Translations under genes and position numbers: made by a program | NCBI RefSeq assembly: GCF_000006765.1 | Contig: NC_002516.2 | Reading direction: 5' to 3' (one strand) | DNA length: 64,000 bases | From: Pseudomonas aeruginosa PAO1 | Lineage (GTDB): Bacteria > Pseudomonadota > Gammaproteobacteria > Pseudomonadales > Pseudomonadaceae | The notes under the pieces: generated by a model | The model's input: the letters and a program-made list of their open reading frames with translations, nothing else | Told to the model about the DNA's origin: nothing | Databases searched by the model: none | Shown here: piece by piece, positions 19,806 through 34,306 of the stretch | Position numbering within the stretch: the first letter of the stretch is position 1 | Layout: the number at the start of each line of letters is the position of its first letter

Positions 19806-20918
19806 TCAACCGGCCGCCTGCGGTAGGCTCGGGTAGTCGGTGTAGCCGGCGGCGCCGCCACCGAAGTAGGTCGAGCGGTCACCGTCGGCCAGCGCCAGGT
19901 CGTGCTCCAGGCGGTAGGGCAGGTCGGGGTTGGCGATGAACGGCCGGCCGAAGCCGACCAGGTCGGCCCAGCCCCTGGCCAGGGCTTCCTCGGCGCGCGC
20001 CTTGGTGTACATGCCGGAGTAGATCAGGCTGCCACGGTAGACGATGCGCAACGCTTCCTTGAACGCCGCCGGCATGGCCGGGGCGTCTTCCCAGTCGGCC
20101 TCGGCGATGTGGATGTAGGCCACGCCGATCTCGTCCAGTAGCCGCGCCGCGGCCAGGTAGGTGGCTTGCGGGGTGTCGTCGACCGCGCCCTGCAGGGTGG
20201 TCAGCGGCGCCAGGCGCACGCCGATGCGCTCCCTGCCGACCACCGCGGTGACCGCCTCGGCGACTTCGCGGAGGAAGCGCAGGCGGTTCTCCAGCGAGCC
20301 GCCGTATTGGTCGTTGCGCGCATTGGCCTGGGAGTCGATGAACTGGTTGATCAGGTAGCCGTTGGCGCCGTGCAGTTCGACCCCGTCGAAGCCGGCGTCG
20401 AGGGCGTTGCGTGCGGCCTGGGCATAGTCGGCGACGATCTCCCGGATTTCCTCCACTGCCAGTGCGCGCGGCGCCGAGTGCTGGACCATCTCGCCGCCGC
20501 CGGCCTGCGCTCCGCGGCCCTGGGGATCGACGAAGACCTTCACGCCTTCGGCCACCAGCGCCGAGGAGGACACCGGGGCGGCGTTGCCCGGTTGCAGCGA
20601 GGTGTGCGAGACCCTGCCGACGTGCCAGAGCTGGGCGAAGATGCGCCCGCCGGCGGCGTGCACCGCGTCGGTGACCTGGCGCCAGCCGGCGACCTGCTCG
20701 GCGCTGTGGATGCCCGGCGTCCAGGCGTAGCCCTGGCCCTGCCGGCTGATCTGGGTGCCTTCGGAAACAATCAGGCCGGCGCCGGCGCGCTGGCTGTAGT
20801 ACTCGGCCATCAGCGCGGTGGCGACTTCGCCACTGGCGGCGCGGGAACGGGTCATCGGCGGCATGACGATGCGATTGGGGAGGGTCAGGTGGCCAAGGGT
20901 ATAGGGGCTGAACAGCAT
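19806..20918 (-). CDS. Old yellow enzyme / NemA-like alkene reductase
   Basis: NRIVMPPMTRSRA, ELHGANGYLINQF, DLVGFGRPFIANPDL motifs. Confidence 0.95.
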   Translation of the reverse strand: MLFSPYTLGHLTLPNRIVMPPMTRSRAASGEVATALMAEYYSQRAGAGLIVSEGTQISRQGQGYAWTPGIHSAEQVAGWRQVTDAVHAAGGRIFAQLWHVGRVSHTSLQPGNAAPVSSSALVAEGVKVFVDPQGRGAQAGGGEMVQHSAPRALAVEEIREIVADYAQAARNALDAGFDGVELHGANGYLINQFIDSQANARNDQYGGSLENRLRFLREVAEAVTAVVGRERIGVRLAPLTTLQGAVDDTPQATYLAAARLLDEIGVAYIHIAEADWEDAPAMPAAFKEALRIVYRGSLIYSGMYTKARAEEALARGWADLVGFGRPFIANPDLPYRLEHDLALADGDRSTYFGGGAAGYTDYPSLPQAAG

Positions 20919-21109
20919 GATGGCGATCTCGCTCGTGAGGCCGGCCGCGGCGCGGCGTACTGGAAGAAGGTGGGCGCATTATTGGCGGAACGATTCGTGC
21001 GAAAAACAGCTGCCGGGGAAAATGACACTTGAGTTCAATTCATGAATGCCCGGATAGCGCGGGCGCACCGAGGGAGGAGGAATGGCCTATGACGCGCTGC
21101 GTCAGGCGG

Positions 21110-21142
21110 GTAGGGCGGATAACGCCCCCGGCGTTATCCGCC
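21110..21142. repeat. REP-like palindrome
   Basis: GTAG followed by perfect 13-bp stem GGCGGATAACGCC/GGCGTTATCCGCC; related copy at 48130. Confidence 0.8.
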
Positions 21143-21225
21143 GAGCGGAATCGCAGGCGGGTGAGAAATGTCGGATGAAGCATCGCGCCCTGCGCCAGGC
21201 GGGCAGGGCGAAGAGGGCCCCCGGC

Positions 21226-22547
<1,322 letters not shown>

Positions 22548-22551
<4 letters not shown>

Positions 22552-24449
22552 CGGGCGGGACTCGCAGTCGGGGAATCGGGAACCAGGGACAGGCTCAGCT
22601 CGAAGGCGGTTCCGCCGCTTTCGGGGTGCTGCACGCTGAGGCTGCCGCCGGCGGCGGTGGCCAGGCTGGCCGAGAGGGTCAGGCCGAGGCCCAGGCCATG
22701 TTCGCCGGGCTTGGTGGTGAAGAAGGGTTCGAACAGGTGGACGCGCGCCGCCGGCGGGATACCGGGGCCGTTGTCGCGCACGCGCAGGACGTAGCGCTCC
22801 TCCTCGCGCCGGCCTTCCAGCCAGAGCTGGCGGTCGGCCTGCCCGCTCATGGCGTCGAGGGCGTTGGCCAGCAGGTTGACCAGGATCTGTTCCAGGCGGG
22901 TCTGGTCGATGCCCAGGCGCACGTCGTCGAAATGCCGGTGCAGGGTCGGCGGGTCCTGCTCCAGGCGCCCGTGCAGGATCAGCAGCGCCGCGTCCACCGC
23001 CTTGGCCAGGCTGGCCTGGCCGGCGTCGTCGCTGCGCCGGGCGAAGGCACGCAGGCTGGCGGTGATGCGGCCCATGCGGTCGACCAGTTCGTTGATGGTG
23101 GCGAGGTTGGTGCTGGCGGTCTCCAGCTTGCCGCGCTGGAGGAAGCGCACGGTGTTGCCGGACAGCGTACGCAGCGCCGCCAGCGGTTGGTTGAGTTCGT
23201 GGGCGATGCTGGTGGACATCTGCCCGATCACCGCCAGCTTGCCGGCCTGGACCAGTTCGTCCTGGGCCTTGCGCAGGGTGTCCTCGGCCTGCTGGCGCTC
23301 GTGGATCTCGGCGGTCAGGCGTGCGTTGCTGGCCTGCAGGTCGGCGGTACGTTCGGCGATCTTCACTTCCAGCTCGCCGTTGGCCCGTTGCAGCGCCTCG
23401 CGCGCGGCGAGGCGGGTGGCGAGTACCTTGCGCCGCTCGTTCCAGGCGATCAGCAGGAATGCCAGGAGGGCGAAACCGATGGCGGCCAGCATGCCGTTGC
23501 GTACCGCGTCGCGGCGCAGGTCTTCCAGCGGGCTGAGCAGGGTCAGGTTCCACGGTGTGTCGTTCAGCGCGCGGGTCTGCGCCAGGTAGGTGACCGCTTC
23601 GCCGCGCGGATGCTGCTCATCGGCGGGGAAGCTGAGCTTCTCCACACCGGCGGCCAGCGGCTCGCGCTGCAGCGGTTGCCACTCGTTCAGCGCCCACCAG
23701 TAGTACTGCATGCTGCGCGCCAGGCGCTCCTTGTCGTCGGCGCTCAGGGAGCGCACCGCCTTCAGGCGCAGGGCGGGGTTGCTGGAGAGGATGATGATGC
23801 CGTTCTCGTCGCTGACGAAGGCTTCCAGGCGCGCCTTCTCCCAGCGTTCCTCGAGGGCGTCCATCTTCACCTTGACCACCGCCACGCCGATGATCCGGCC
23901 GCCGTGGACCAGGCCGTGGGCCAGGTAGTAGCCCGGCTCGCCGCGGGTGCTGCCGATGCCGTAGAAGCGGCCCGGCTTGCCCTTCATCGCGTCCTGCCAG
24001 TAGGCGCGGAACGACAGGTCCTCGCCGAGGTAGCTGTCCGGGTCGCTCCAGTTGCTGGTGGCCAGGACCCGGCCGTTGGTGTCCAGCAGGTACACCGCGC
24101 GGCTGCCGGCGCGGCGGTTGAGGCCTTCGAGGTAGGCGTTGACCTGGTTGCGCCGGTATGGCGTCGGGTCGGTGAGCAGGTGACTGACGCTGCGCTCCAG
24201 CTCCAGCAGGCTGGGCAGGTAGGTGTACTTGCTGATCTCGCTCTCGACCGTCCGTGCATGCAGCTCCAGCTGGCGTTCGCCATTCTCGGCGAGGGCACGG
24301 ATGCCGGCGCTCTCGCTGATCCGGTAGCCGCCGTAGCCGAAGCCGAGCATCAGCAGGAGCAGGGGAATGGGGAGCAGCAACTGGCGGACGAGGCGGGGCT
24401 TCACGGTCAGTGACGGAGGTACGCTGCAGGGCGGGTCGGGGGATTCCAT
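22548..24449 (-). CDS. aauS: DctB-like sensor histidine kinase
   Basis: Periplasmic dCache region, H-box SIAHELNQPL, N/G boxes; 4-bp overlap with aauR. Confidence 0.92.
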
Positions 24450-24544
24450 CACAGTCGTCGCGGCTAGGCCAGCCCGCCGCCACGATGGGCGGCGGAGCGG
24501 GCGGTTTTCCGGCACGGCCGGCAGGCGGCGCCGGAAGGGTTCAC

Positions 24545-27392
<2,848 letters not shown>

Positions 27393-27469
27393 GGGCTTTC
27401 CCTATTTATTGTTATCGCAGGCGAGGGTGGAGCAGGCCCCCGCCGGGCGGGCCGGCGAGGGCGGGTACA

Positions 27470-28204
27470 TCAGTGCGGGAGGATCTTGGCGAGGAACTGC
27501 TGGGCGCGTTCGGAGCGGGCGCTGACGTCGCCGAAGAACTCCTCCTTCTCGCAGTCTTCCACGATCTGCCCGCGGTCCATGAAGATCACCCGGTTGGCGA
27601 CCTTGCGCGCGAAGCCCATCTCGTGGGTCACGCACATCATGGTCATGCCTTCGTGGGCCAGCTGGACCATCACGTCGAGCACTTCGTTGACCATTTCCGG
27701 GTCGAGCGCCGAGGTCGGCTCGTCGAACAGCATCACCACCGGGTCCATCGCCAGCGCGCGGGCGATCGCCACGCGCTGCTGCTGGCCGCCGGAGAGCTGG
27801 CCGGGGTGCTTGTGCGCGTGCTCCTTGAGACCGACACGCTCGAGCAGGGCCAGGCCCTTCTTGGTGGCTTCTTCCTTGCTGCGGCCGAGTACCTTGATCT
27901 GCGCGATGGTCAGGTTCTCGGTGATGCTCAGGTGGGGAAACAGCTCGAAATGCTGGAACACCATGCCGACCCGCGAGCGCAGCTTGGGCAGGTTGGTCTT
28001 CGGATCGGCGATGGAGGTGCCGTCGACGACGATGTCGCCCTTCTGGAAGGGTTCCAGTGCGTTGACGCACTTGATCAGGGTCGACTTGCCCGAGCCCGAC
28101 GGCCCGCAGACCACCACCACTTCGCCTTTCGCAACCTCGGTGGAGCAGTCGGTCAGGACCTGGAAGTCGCCATACCACTTGCTGACATTCTTGATGGAAA
28201 TCAT
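27470..28204 (-). CDS. aatP: Glu/Asp ABC transporter ATP-binding protein
   Basis: [24 protein letters not shown]. Confidence 0.93.
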   Translation of the reverse strand: MISIKNVSKWYGDFQVLTDCSTEVAKGEVVVVCGPSGSGKSTLIKCVNALEPFQKGDIVVDGTSIADPKTNLPKLRSRVGMVFQHFELFPHLSITENLTIAQIKVLGRSKEEATKKGLALLERVGLKEHAHKHPGQLSGGQQQRVAIARALAMDPVVMLFDEPTSALDPEMVNEVLDVMVQLAHEGMTMMCVTHEMGFARKVANRVIFMDRGQIVEDCEKEEFFGDVSARSERAQQFLAKILPH

Positions 28205-28869
28205 ACGGTTAACCTTTTCTGCAGACGTTTGACGGCGAACGAGGCGGTGAAGCTTACGACGAAGTAGACCAGGCCGGCGAAAATCAGGAACTCGTTGGCC
28301 TGGCCGATGATGTCGCCGCGCGAACGGGCCGAATTGAGGAAGTCCATCAGGCCGACGGTATAGACCAGCGAGGTGTCCTGGAACAGGATGATGCTCTGTT
28401 GCAGCAGCAGCGGGGTCATCTTGCGGAACGCCTGCGGCAGGATCACCAGGCGCATGGTCTGCCCGTAGGTCATGCCCAGTGCCTGGGCGGCGCCCATCTG
28501 GCCTTTCGGGATGGCCTGGATGCCGGCGCGGACGATCTCGCAGTAGTAGGCCGCCTCGAACATCATGAAGGCCACCAGGCAGGAGGTGAACGCCCCCACC
28601 GGGGTGTCCTCGCCGGTGATCCAGCGCAGGATGAAGGGCACCGCGAAGTAGAACCAGGTGATCACCAGCAGCAGCGGGATCGAGCGGAAGTAGTTGACGT
28701 AGAAGCCGGCGATGTTCGACAGCAACTTGCTGTGCGACAGCCGCATCAGCGCCAGCACGGTACCCAGCGCGACGCCGCCGAGGACGCCGAGGACCATCAG
28801 CTTGAGGGTCATCAGCATGCCTTCCCAGAGGCTCGGCAGGGCGGGAACGATTCCACTGAAGTCCATCAT
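28201..28869 (-). CDS. aatM: Glu/Asp ABC transporter permease
   Basis: YFRSIPLL and [14 protein letters not shown] motifs. Confidence 0.92.
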   Translation of the reverse strand: MMDFSGIVPALPSLWEGMLMTLKLMVLGVLGGVALGTVLALMRLSHSKLLSNIAGFYVNYFRSIPLLLVITWFYFAVPFILRWITGEDTPVGAFTSCLVAFMMFEAAYYCEIVRAGIQAIPKGQMGAAQALGMTYGQTMRLVILPQAFRKMTPLLLQQSIILFQDTSLVYTVGLMDFLNSARSRGDIIGQANEFLIFAGLVYFVVSFTASFAVKRLQKRLTV

Positions 28870-29612
28870 TTACCTCCTACGGAGATCAGGCCCGGTACGG
28901 CGACCTTTCTCTCCACCAGGCGCATGATCAGCATCAGGCTCATGTTCAGCGTGAAGTAGATCAGCGTGGCCAGGGTGAAGGCCTCGAACAGGTTGGCGGA
29001 GAACTCGGCGGTCTGCTTGGTCTGCGCCAGCAGCTCCATCAGGCCGATCAGCGACGCCACCGAGGAGTTCTTGAAGATGTTGAGGAACTCCGAGGTCAGC
29101 GGCGGGATGATGATCCGGAAGGCCTGCGGCAGCAGCACGTGGCGGTAGATCTGCGGCAGGCGGAAGCCCATCGCGCGGGCCGCCGAGGTCTGCCCGTAGG
29201 GCAGCGCCTGGATGCCGGTGCGCACCTGCTCGCAGACCCGCGCGGCGGTGAACAGGCCGAGGCAGACGACCACGCTGAGGTAGGCCGAGGTAGTCGGGTT
29301 GAGGTCCTGCTTGAACCAGGTCTGCAGGCCCTCGGGCAGCAGGTCGGGTACCAGGAAGTACCAGATGAACAGCTGCACCAGCAGCGGCACGTTGCGGAAG
29401 ATTTCCACGTAGGCGGTGGCGATCCCCGATACCAGGCGGTTCGGCACGGTGCGCATGACGCCGAGCAGCGAGCCCAGCGCCAGGGCGATGATCCAGCCGA
29501 CCAGGGCGATGGCGATGGTCCAGCCCAGACCGGCGATGTACCAGTCGAGGTAGGTTTCGCTGCCGATCCCGGTGGACTTGAAGAACACGCCCCAGTCCCA
29601 GTTGTAATTCAT
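28866..29612 (-). CDS. aatQ: Glu/Asp ABC transporter permease
   Basis: [11 protein letters not shown] and [11 protein letters not shown] motifs. Confidence 0.92.
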   Translation of the reverse strand: MNYNWDWGVFFKSTGIGSETYLDWYIAGLGWTIAIALVGWIIALALGSLLGVMRTVPNRLVSGIATAYVEIFRNVPLLVQLFIWYFLVPDLLPEGLQTWFKQDLNPTTSAYLSVVVCLGLFTAARVCEQVRTGIQALPYGQTSAARAMGFRLPQIYRHVLLPQAFRIIIPPLTSEFLNIFKNSSVASLIGLMELLAQTKQTAEFSANLFEAFTLATLIYFTLNMSLMLIMRLVERKVAVPGLISVGGK

Positions 29613-29814
29613 GTTGGGGTTTCCCCTCGGTTCAATCGGTTGCAGACACTGGCGGGGAAGGCAGGCGCCGGCGCGGCCGTGCGGGCCGGCGGCGCTGCTC
29701 TTCCGGGGGAGACGGCTGGGGAGGGGCAGGCCCCTCCCGCGTCCCCGAGGCCCCGCCGCGAGGCGGGGGCGACGCGCGAAGCGCTGGCGCTCCGGGAGGA
29801 ACGCCAGGCGCTCG

Positions 29815-30723
29815 TTACATCTGCTCGGCGGCCTTGTCGGTCGGGCTGGCGATCAGCTTCTTCAGCTCTTCGCTCATGGGGAAGTTGAGGTTCAGGCCCT
29901 TCGGCGGGATCGGCTGGGTGAACCACTTGTCGTAGATCTTGTTGACCTCGCCGGAGGCGTAGGTATCGGTGATGGCCTTGTCGACCACTTTCTTGAACGC
30001 CGCGTCGCCCTTGCGCACCATGCAGCCGTAGATCTCGAAGGACTGCGGGGTGCCGCCGACGACCCAGTCGTCCGGCTTCTTGGCCTTGGCCATTTCGCCG
30101 TAGAGCAGCGCGTCGTCCATCATGAAGGCCACCGCGCGGCCGGATTCGAGCATCATGAAGGACTCGCCGTGGTCCTTGGCGGAGATGATGTTCATGCCCA
30201 TCTTCTTGTCCGCGTTCATGGCCTTGAGCAGGCGCTCGGAGGTGGTGCCGGCGGTGGTCACCACGTTCTTGCCCTTGAGGTCGTCGAAGTCCTTGATGTT
30301 GGCGGTCTTCTTCGACAGCAGGCGGGTGCCGACCTCGAAGATGCCGACGGAGAAGTCGACCTGCTTCTGGCGCTCTTCGTTGTTGGTGGTGGAGCCGCAC
30401 TCGATGTCCACGGTGCCGTTCTGCACCAGCGGGATGCGGGTCTGCGAGGTGACCAGGTTATAGCGGACCTTCAGCTCGGGGAGGTTGAGTTCCTTCTTCA
30501 CCGCCTCGACCACTTTCAGTTGCAGGTCGTGGGAGTAGCCGATCGGCTTGCCCGGCTCGGTGCCGAGGTAGGAGAAGGGAATCGAAGCGTCACGGTGACC
30601 GAGGGTGATGGTGCCGGTTTCCTTGATCTTCTTCAGCGTGCCGGTGAGCTCGTCAGCGACGACCGGAGCGGACAACAGAGCGGCCACGATGGCGGTGCTC
30701 AGCAGACTGGGAGCGATACGCAT
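29815..30723 (-). CDS. aatJ: Glu/Asp ABC transporter periplasmic binding protein (GltI-like)
   Basis: TSQTRIPLVQNGTVDIECGSTTNN; start at MRIAPS, 302 aa. Confidence 0.95.
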   Translation of the reverse strand: MRIAPSLLSTAIVAALLSAPVVADELTGTLKKIKETGTITLGHRDASIPFSYLGTEPGKPIGYSHDLQLKVVEAVKKELNLPELKVRYNLVTSQTRIPLVQNGTVDIECGSTTNNEERQKQVDFSVGIFEVGTRLLSKKTANIKDFDDLKGKNVVTTAGTTSERLLKAMNADKKMGMNIISAKDHGESFMMLESGRAVAFMMDDALLYGEMAKAKKPDDWVVGGTPQSFEIYGCMVRKGDAAFKKVVDKAITDTYASGEVNKIYDKWFTQPIPPKGLNLNFPMSEELKKLIASPTDKAAEQM

Positions 30724-30853
30724 GAATTTCTTCCTCGACTTGTTTTGATTTTTATTGAGCCGCGAGCGCCTGGCCTCTCCGGGACAGGGTGTTTCGCGGT
30801 TTTCCCCGGCGGGGGAAGCCACGAGAGTATCGTGCTTGCCGAACAGTGTAGTG

Positions 30854-30868
30854 GCAGGATGCATGCCA
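30854..30868 (-). promoter_or_regulatory. Sigma54 -24/-12 promoter for aatJ
   Basis: Minus strand TGGCATGCATCCTGC = GG-N10-GC. Confidence 0.75.
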
Positions 30869-30895
30869 GCTTATGAAATCCGGTTTTTTTTAGCC

Positions 30896-30908
30896 TAACC
30901 GTTTGAAA
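30896..30908 (-). promoter_or_regulatory. IHF-like site between enhancer and sigma54 promoter
   Basis: TTTCAAACGGTTA, one mismatch to WATCAANNNNTTR, in an AT-rich tract. Confidence 0.45.
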
Positions 30909-30955
30909 GTAAAAGAAATTAAATTTGGATGAAAATGCCCCGAAATGGCCTTTCG

Positions 30956-31001
30956 TCCGCTCTTCCGAATATTTTCGGGGCATGGCGTTCGGTTTTCCGA
31001 A
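30956..31001. promoter_or_regulatory. AauR enhancer sites
   Basis: Perfect TTCGG-TTTT-CCGAA at 30988-31001 and degenerate TCCGC-TCTT-CCGAA 32 bp away. Confidence 0.7.
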
Positions 31002-31051
31002 CGTTTCGCCGAGGTCCGTTCTTGAGCCATTCCGGGGTTTTCTGACGGTTC

Positions 31052-31101
31052 GTTCAGAAATTGTTCAGGCTTCGTTCAGGCCCGATTCAGGCCGGGTTCA
31101 G
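31052..31101 (+). promoter_or_regulatory. Five phased PhoP-type half-sites upstream of pagP
   Basis: (G/A)TTCAG at 31052, 31063, 31074, 31085 and 31096, exact 11-bp period. Confidence 0.75.
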
Positions 31102-31174
31102 CAGAATTCACGCTGCGAGGCGCAAGCCGTCACGTCTTGCCTTCCTTCCCTGGCGACGGCCGCCTGGAGTCCCC

Positions 31175-31633
31175 ATGCGCTATCTCATCCTCAGCCTGCT
31201 GGCCGTGCTCGCCGCACCTGCCTGGGCTGCCGACGACGGCGACTTCTGGTACCTGCAGACCAGCGTCTACACCCGGCATTTCAACCCGGACCCTGAACAC
31301 AACAATCACCAGGACCTGCTCGGCCTCGAATACAACCGCGCCGATGGCGTGCTGGCCGGCGGTGCGACCTTCCGCAACTCGTTCAGCCAGCGCTCCAACT
31401 ACGCCTACCTGGGCAAGCGTTTCGACAGTGACAGCTACCCGGTCTACCTGAAGCTCACCGGCGGCCTGTTGCAGGGCTATCGCGGCGAATACCGCGACAA
31501 GATCCCGCTGAACCGCTTCGGCGTCGCGCCGGCGATCATCCCCTCGGTGGGCGTTCGCTTCGGCCCGCTGGGCAGCGAGCTGGTGCTGCTCGGCAATTCG
31601 GCGGCGATGATCAACCTCGGCCTGCGTCTCTGA
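31175..31633 (+). CDS. pagP: Divergent lipid A palmitoyltransferase PagP (outer-membrane beta-barrel)
   Basis: Signal peptide, WYLQTSVYTRHF, HNNHQ, NSFSQRS; PA1343 position; PhoP boxes upstream. Confidence 0.82.
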   Translation: MRYLILSLLAVLAAPAWAADDGDFWYLQTSVYTRHFNPDPEHNNHQDLLGLEYNRADGVLAGGATFRNSFSQRSNYAYLGKRFDSDSYPVYLKLTGGLLQGYRGEYRDKIPLNRFGVAPAIIPSVGVRFGPLGSELVLLGNSAAMINLGLRL

Positions 31634-31728
31634 GGCCAGGAACGGGCACGGAACGCTGGCTGGTCTAGGCTGTCGTCTGTTCCCCGAGCCGCGTTCCTGA
31701 GCGGTTCGTCACTCGACAGGAGACTCCC

Positions 31729-32523
31729 ATGCAGATCGATCTGAGCGACAAACTGGCAATCGTCAGCGGTTCCACCGCCGGCATCGGCTTCGCCATCGCC
31801 AGCGGCCTCGCCGCCGCCGGCGCCACCGTGGTGGTCAACGGACGTAGCCAGGCGGCGGTGGACCGTGCGATCGCGGCGATCCGGAACGGCCAGCCGGATG
31901 CCAGGGTGCGCGGCGTCGCCGGCGACCTGGGCACGGCGGAAGGCTGCGCGGCTTTCGTTGCGGCCGAGCCGAAGGCGGACATCCTGGTCAACAACCTGGG
32001 CATCTTCGAGCTGAAGGACTTCTTCGACATCGAGGACGCCGAGTGGAGCCGCTTCTTCGAGGTCAACGTGATGTCCGGGGTGCGCCTGGCCCGCGCCTAC
32101 GTCCCGGGAATGGTCGAGCGCGGTTGGGGGCGAGTGGTGTTCCTGTCTTCGGAATCGGCGTTGAACATCCCGGCGGACATGATCCACTACGGCTTCAGCA
32201 AGACCGCCAACCTCTCGGTGTCGCGCGGCCTGGCCAAGCGCCTGGCCGGCACCGGGGTGACGGTGAATGCGGTGCTGCCCGGACCAACCCTCACCGAAGG
32301 CGTCGCCGAGATGCTCCGCGAGGATGCGCAGAAGGCCGGGCAGAGCATAGAAGAGGCCGGCACCGCCTTTGTCCGGCAGCACCGTTCCAGTTCGATCATC
32401 CAGCGCCTGGCGACGCCCGAGGAAGTCGCCAACCTGGTGGTCTACACCTGCTCGACCCAGGCCTCGGCGACCACCGGCGCGGCCCTGCGGGTCGACGGCG
32501 GGGTGCTCGACAGCCTGGCCTGA
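31729..32523 (-). CDS. placeholder removed
   Basis: Entry superseded by the + strand call for the same coordinates; do not use. Confidence 0.
31729..32523 (+). CDS. Short-chain dehydrogenase/reductase
   Basis: SGSTAGIG, NNLG, YGFSK motifs. Confidence 0.92.
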   Translation: MQIDLSDKLAIVSGSTAGIGFAIASGLAAAGATVVVNGRSQAAVDRAIAAIRNGQPDARVRGVAGDLGTAEGCAAFVAAEPKADILVNNLGIFELKDFFDIEDAEWSRFFEVNVMSGVRLARAYVPGMVERGWGRVVFLSSESALNIPADMIHYGFSKTANLSVSRGLAKRLAGTGVTVNAVLPGPTLTEGVAEMLREDAQKAGQSIEEAGTAFVRQHRSSSIIQRLATPEEVANLVVYTCSTQASATTGAALRVDGGVLDSLA

Positions 32524-32706
32524 CGAGCGCGCAACGCCAGCGTAAAAATGCTCCTCGGCACTCGCGGCGCGGTGCCCGGGGGCCCTGGCCGGTTGCCGCG
32601 CCGGCGTCTGGCGGCGGCGCTCGTAAAGCTTGCGTAACGAGGCGCGACAGGAGGCGCCGGCAGGTCTAGAACGGCAGGTACCGTCATTCAGAGGATACCG
32701 CCACTC

Positions 32707-34296
32707 ATGTCAGCTGCCTCGTTAGCCACCCTCGACGGGTCGCTCCGCATGACCCTCGTCGAGCAACCCCGACCGCCGGCTCTTGCCGACCTCGGCAGCC
32801 GCCTGATGATCGTCGTCGAGCGACGCGAGGACTGGGCCTCCTACCTGCCCAGCGAGGAAGTACTCACCGCCCAGGAATACCTCGAGCAATCGGCGCGCGA
32901 CCACGGCGGCCGCCGCGTGCAGGTGATCAACCTGTGCCGCGGCTACAAGTACCTCGGCCTCGGCTACTACTGTTCGCTGCTGGCCGAGGCCCGTGGCCAC
33001 CGGGTGATCCCGTCGCTGCGCTGCATCAGCGAACTGGCTCGCAAGTCGGTGTACGGGCTGGCCCTGGGTGGCCTCGACAAGGCCCTGGACAAGGCGCTGT
33101 GCCGTACGCCCTATGGCGCCACCGACGGCTTCACCCTGACCCTGTATTTCGGCCATACCGAGTTCGAGCCGCTGGCCGACCTCGCCCGCCAGTTGTTCGA
33201 AGCCTTTCCCTGTCCGATCCTGCTGGTGGAGTTCCGTCGCCAGCAGGGCTGGCATATCGAGGGCGTGCGCCCTGGCGTGCTGAACCGCCTGCGCAGCGAC
33301 CAGGAGGACGTTTTCGCCGACGCCCTCGACGGTTTCAGCCGGCGCGCCTGGCGCATGCCGCGTTCGCGGCGGGTGGCGCGCTACGACATGGCGATCCTCC
33401 ACGATCCCGACGAAGCGCTGCCGCCGTCCAACCCGCAGGCGCTGGCCAACTTCGTACGGGTCGGCGCCAGCCTCGGCATCGACGTCGAACTGATCGGACG
33501 CAAGGACTACGCGCGCCTGGCCGAGTTCGACGCCCTGCTGATCCGCGAGACCACCCGGGTCGACCACCATACCTATCGCTTCGCCGAGAAGGCCGAGCGC
33601 GAAGGCCTGGTGGTGATGGACGACCCGGCATCGATCCTGCGCTGCACCAACAAGGTCTACCTGGCCGACCTGCTTGGTTGCCGGCAACTGGGCATGCCGC
33701 TCACCGAGATCCTCTACAAGGAACGCCCGCAGGACTGGCAGCGGGTGGCCCGGCGCCTGGGCTTCCCGCTGGTGCTGAAGATTCCCGATGGCTGCTTCTC
33801 CCGTGGCGTGGTCAAGGTCAACGACGACAGCGAACTGCTGGCGGCGGCGAGCGAGCTGTTCGAGCGCTCGGTCCTGTTGCTGGCCCAGGAGTTCTTCTAC
33901 ACCGAGTACGACTGGCGCATCGGCGTGCTCGACCGCCAACCGCTGTACGCCTGCCAGTACTTCATGTCGCGCGGCCACTGGCAGATCTACAACCACAAGG
34001 CCGACGGCCAGGACGTCAACGGCGAGTGCCGCGCCGTGCCGCTGGAGCAGGTGCCGCCGGCGGTGCTGGAGCTGGCCCTGGAGGCCGCCGGGCTGATCGG
34101 CGACGGCCTCTACGGGGTGGACCTGAAGCAGGCCGGCGACAAGGTGCTGGTCATCGAGGTCAACGACAACCCGAATATCGATGCCGGCGTCGAGGACGGC
34201 CAGCTCGGCGACGAACTCTACCGGCGCATCCTCCAGGCCTTCGTCCAGCGCCTGGAACTCAAGCACCGTGGCCAGTTGAGCAAGGCGCTGCGCTGA
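32707..34296 (+). CDS. RimK-family ATP-grasp ligase with N-terminal RLAN domain
   Basis: INLCRGYKYLGLGYYCSLLAEARGH, VLKIPDGCFSRGV, IEVNDNP; alternative start at 32749. Confidence 0.87.
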   Translation: MSAASLATLDGSLRMTLVEQPRPPALADLGSRLMIVVERREDWASYLPSEEVLTAQEYLEQSARDHGGRRVQVINLCRGYKYLGLGYYCSLLAEARGHRVIPSLRCISELARKSVYGLALGGLDKALDKALCRTPYGATDGFTLTLYFGHTEFEPLADLARQLFEAFPCPILLVEFRRQQGWHIEGVRPGVLNRLRSDQEDVFADALDGFSRRAWRMPRSRRVARYDMAILHDPDEALPPSNPQALANFVRVGASLGIDVELIGRKDYARLAEFDALLIRETTRVDHHTYRFAEKAEREGLVVMDDPASILRCTNKVYLADLLGCRQLGMPLTEILYKERPQDWQRVARRLGFPLVLKIPDGCFSRGVVKVNDDSELLAAASELFERSVLLLAQEFFYTEYDWRIGVLDRQPLYACQYFMSRGHWQIYNHKADGQDVNGECRAVPLEQVPPAVLELALEAAGLIGDGLYGVDLKQAGDKVLVIEVNDNPNIDAGVEDGQLGDELYRRILQAFVQRLELKHRGQLSKALR

Positions 34297-34306
34297 ACGG
34301 CGCGCC

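Noticed and set aside
29640-29810. GC-rich hairpins between aatJ and aatQ as an sRNA
   Set aside because: More simply the usual mRNA-stabilising stem-loops after an ABC binding-protein gene; no promoter evident.
31729-32523. A minus-strand placeholder entry in the feature list at these coordinates (confidence 0)
   Set aside because: Clerical duplicate. The SDR is on the + strand and no minus-strand gene is claimed.
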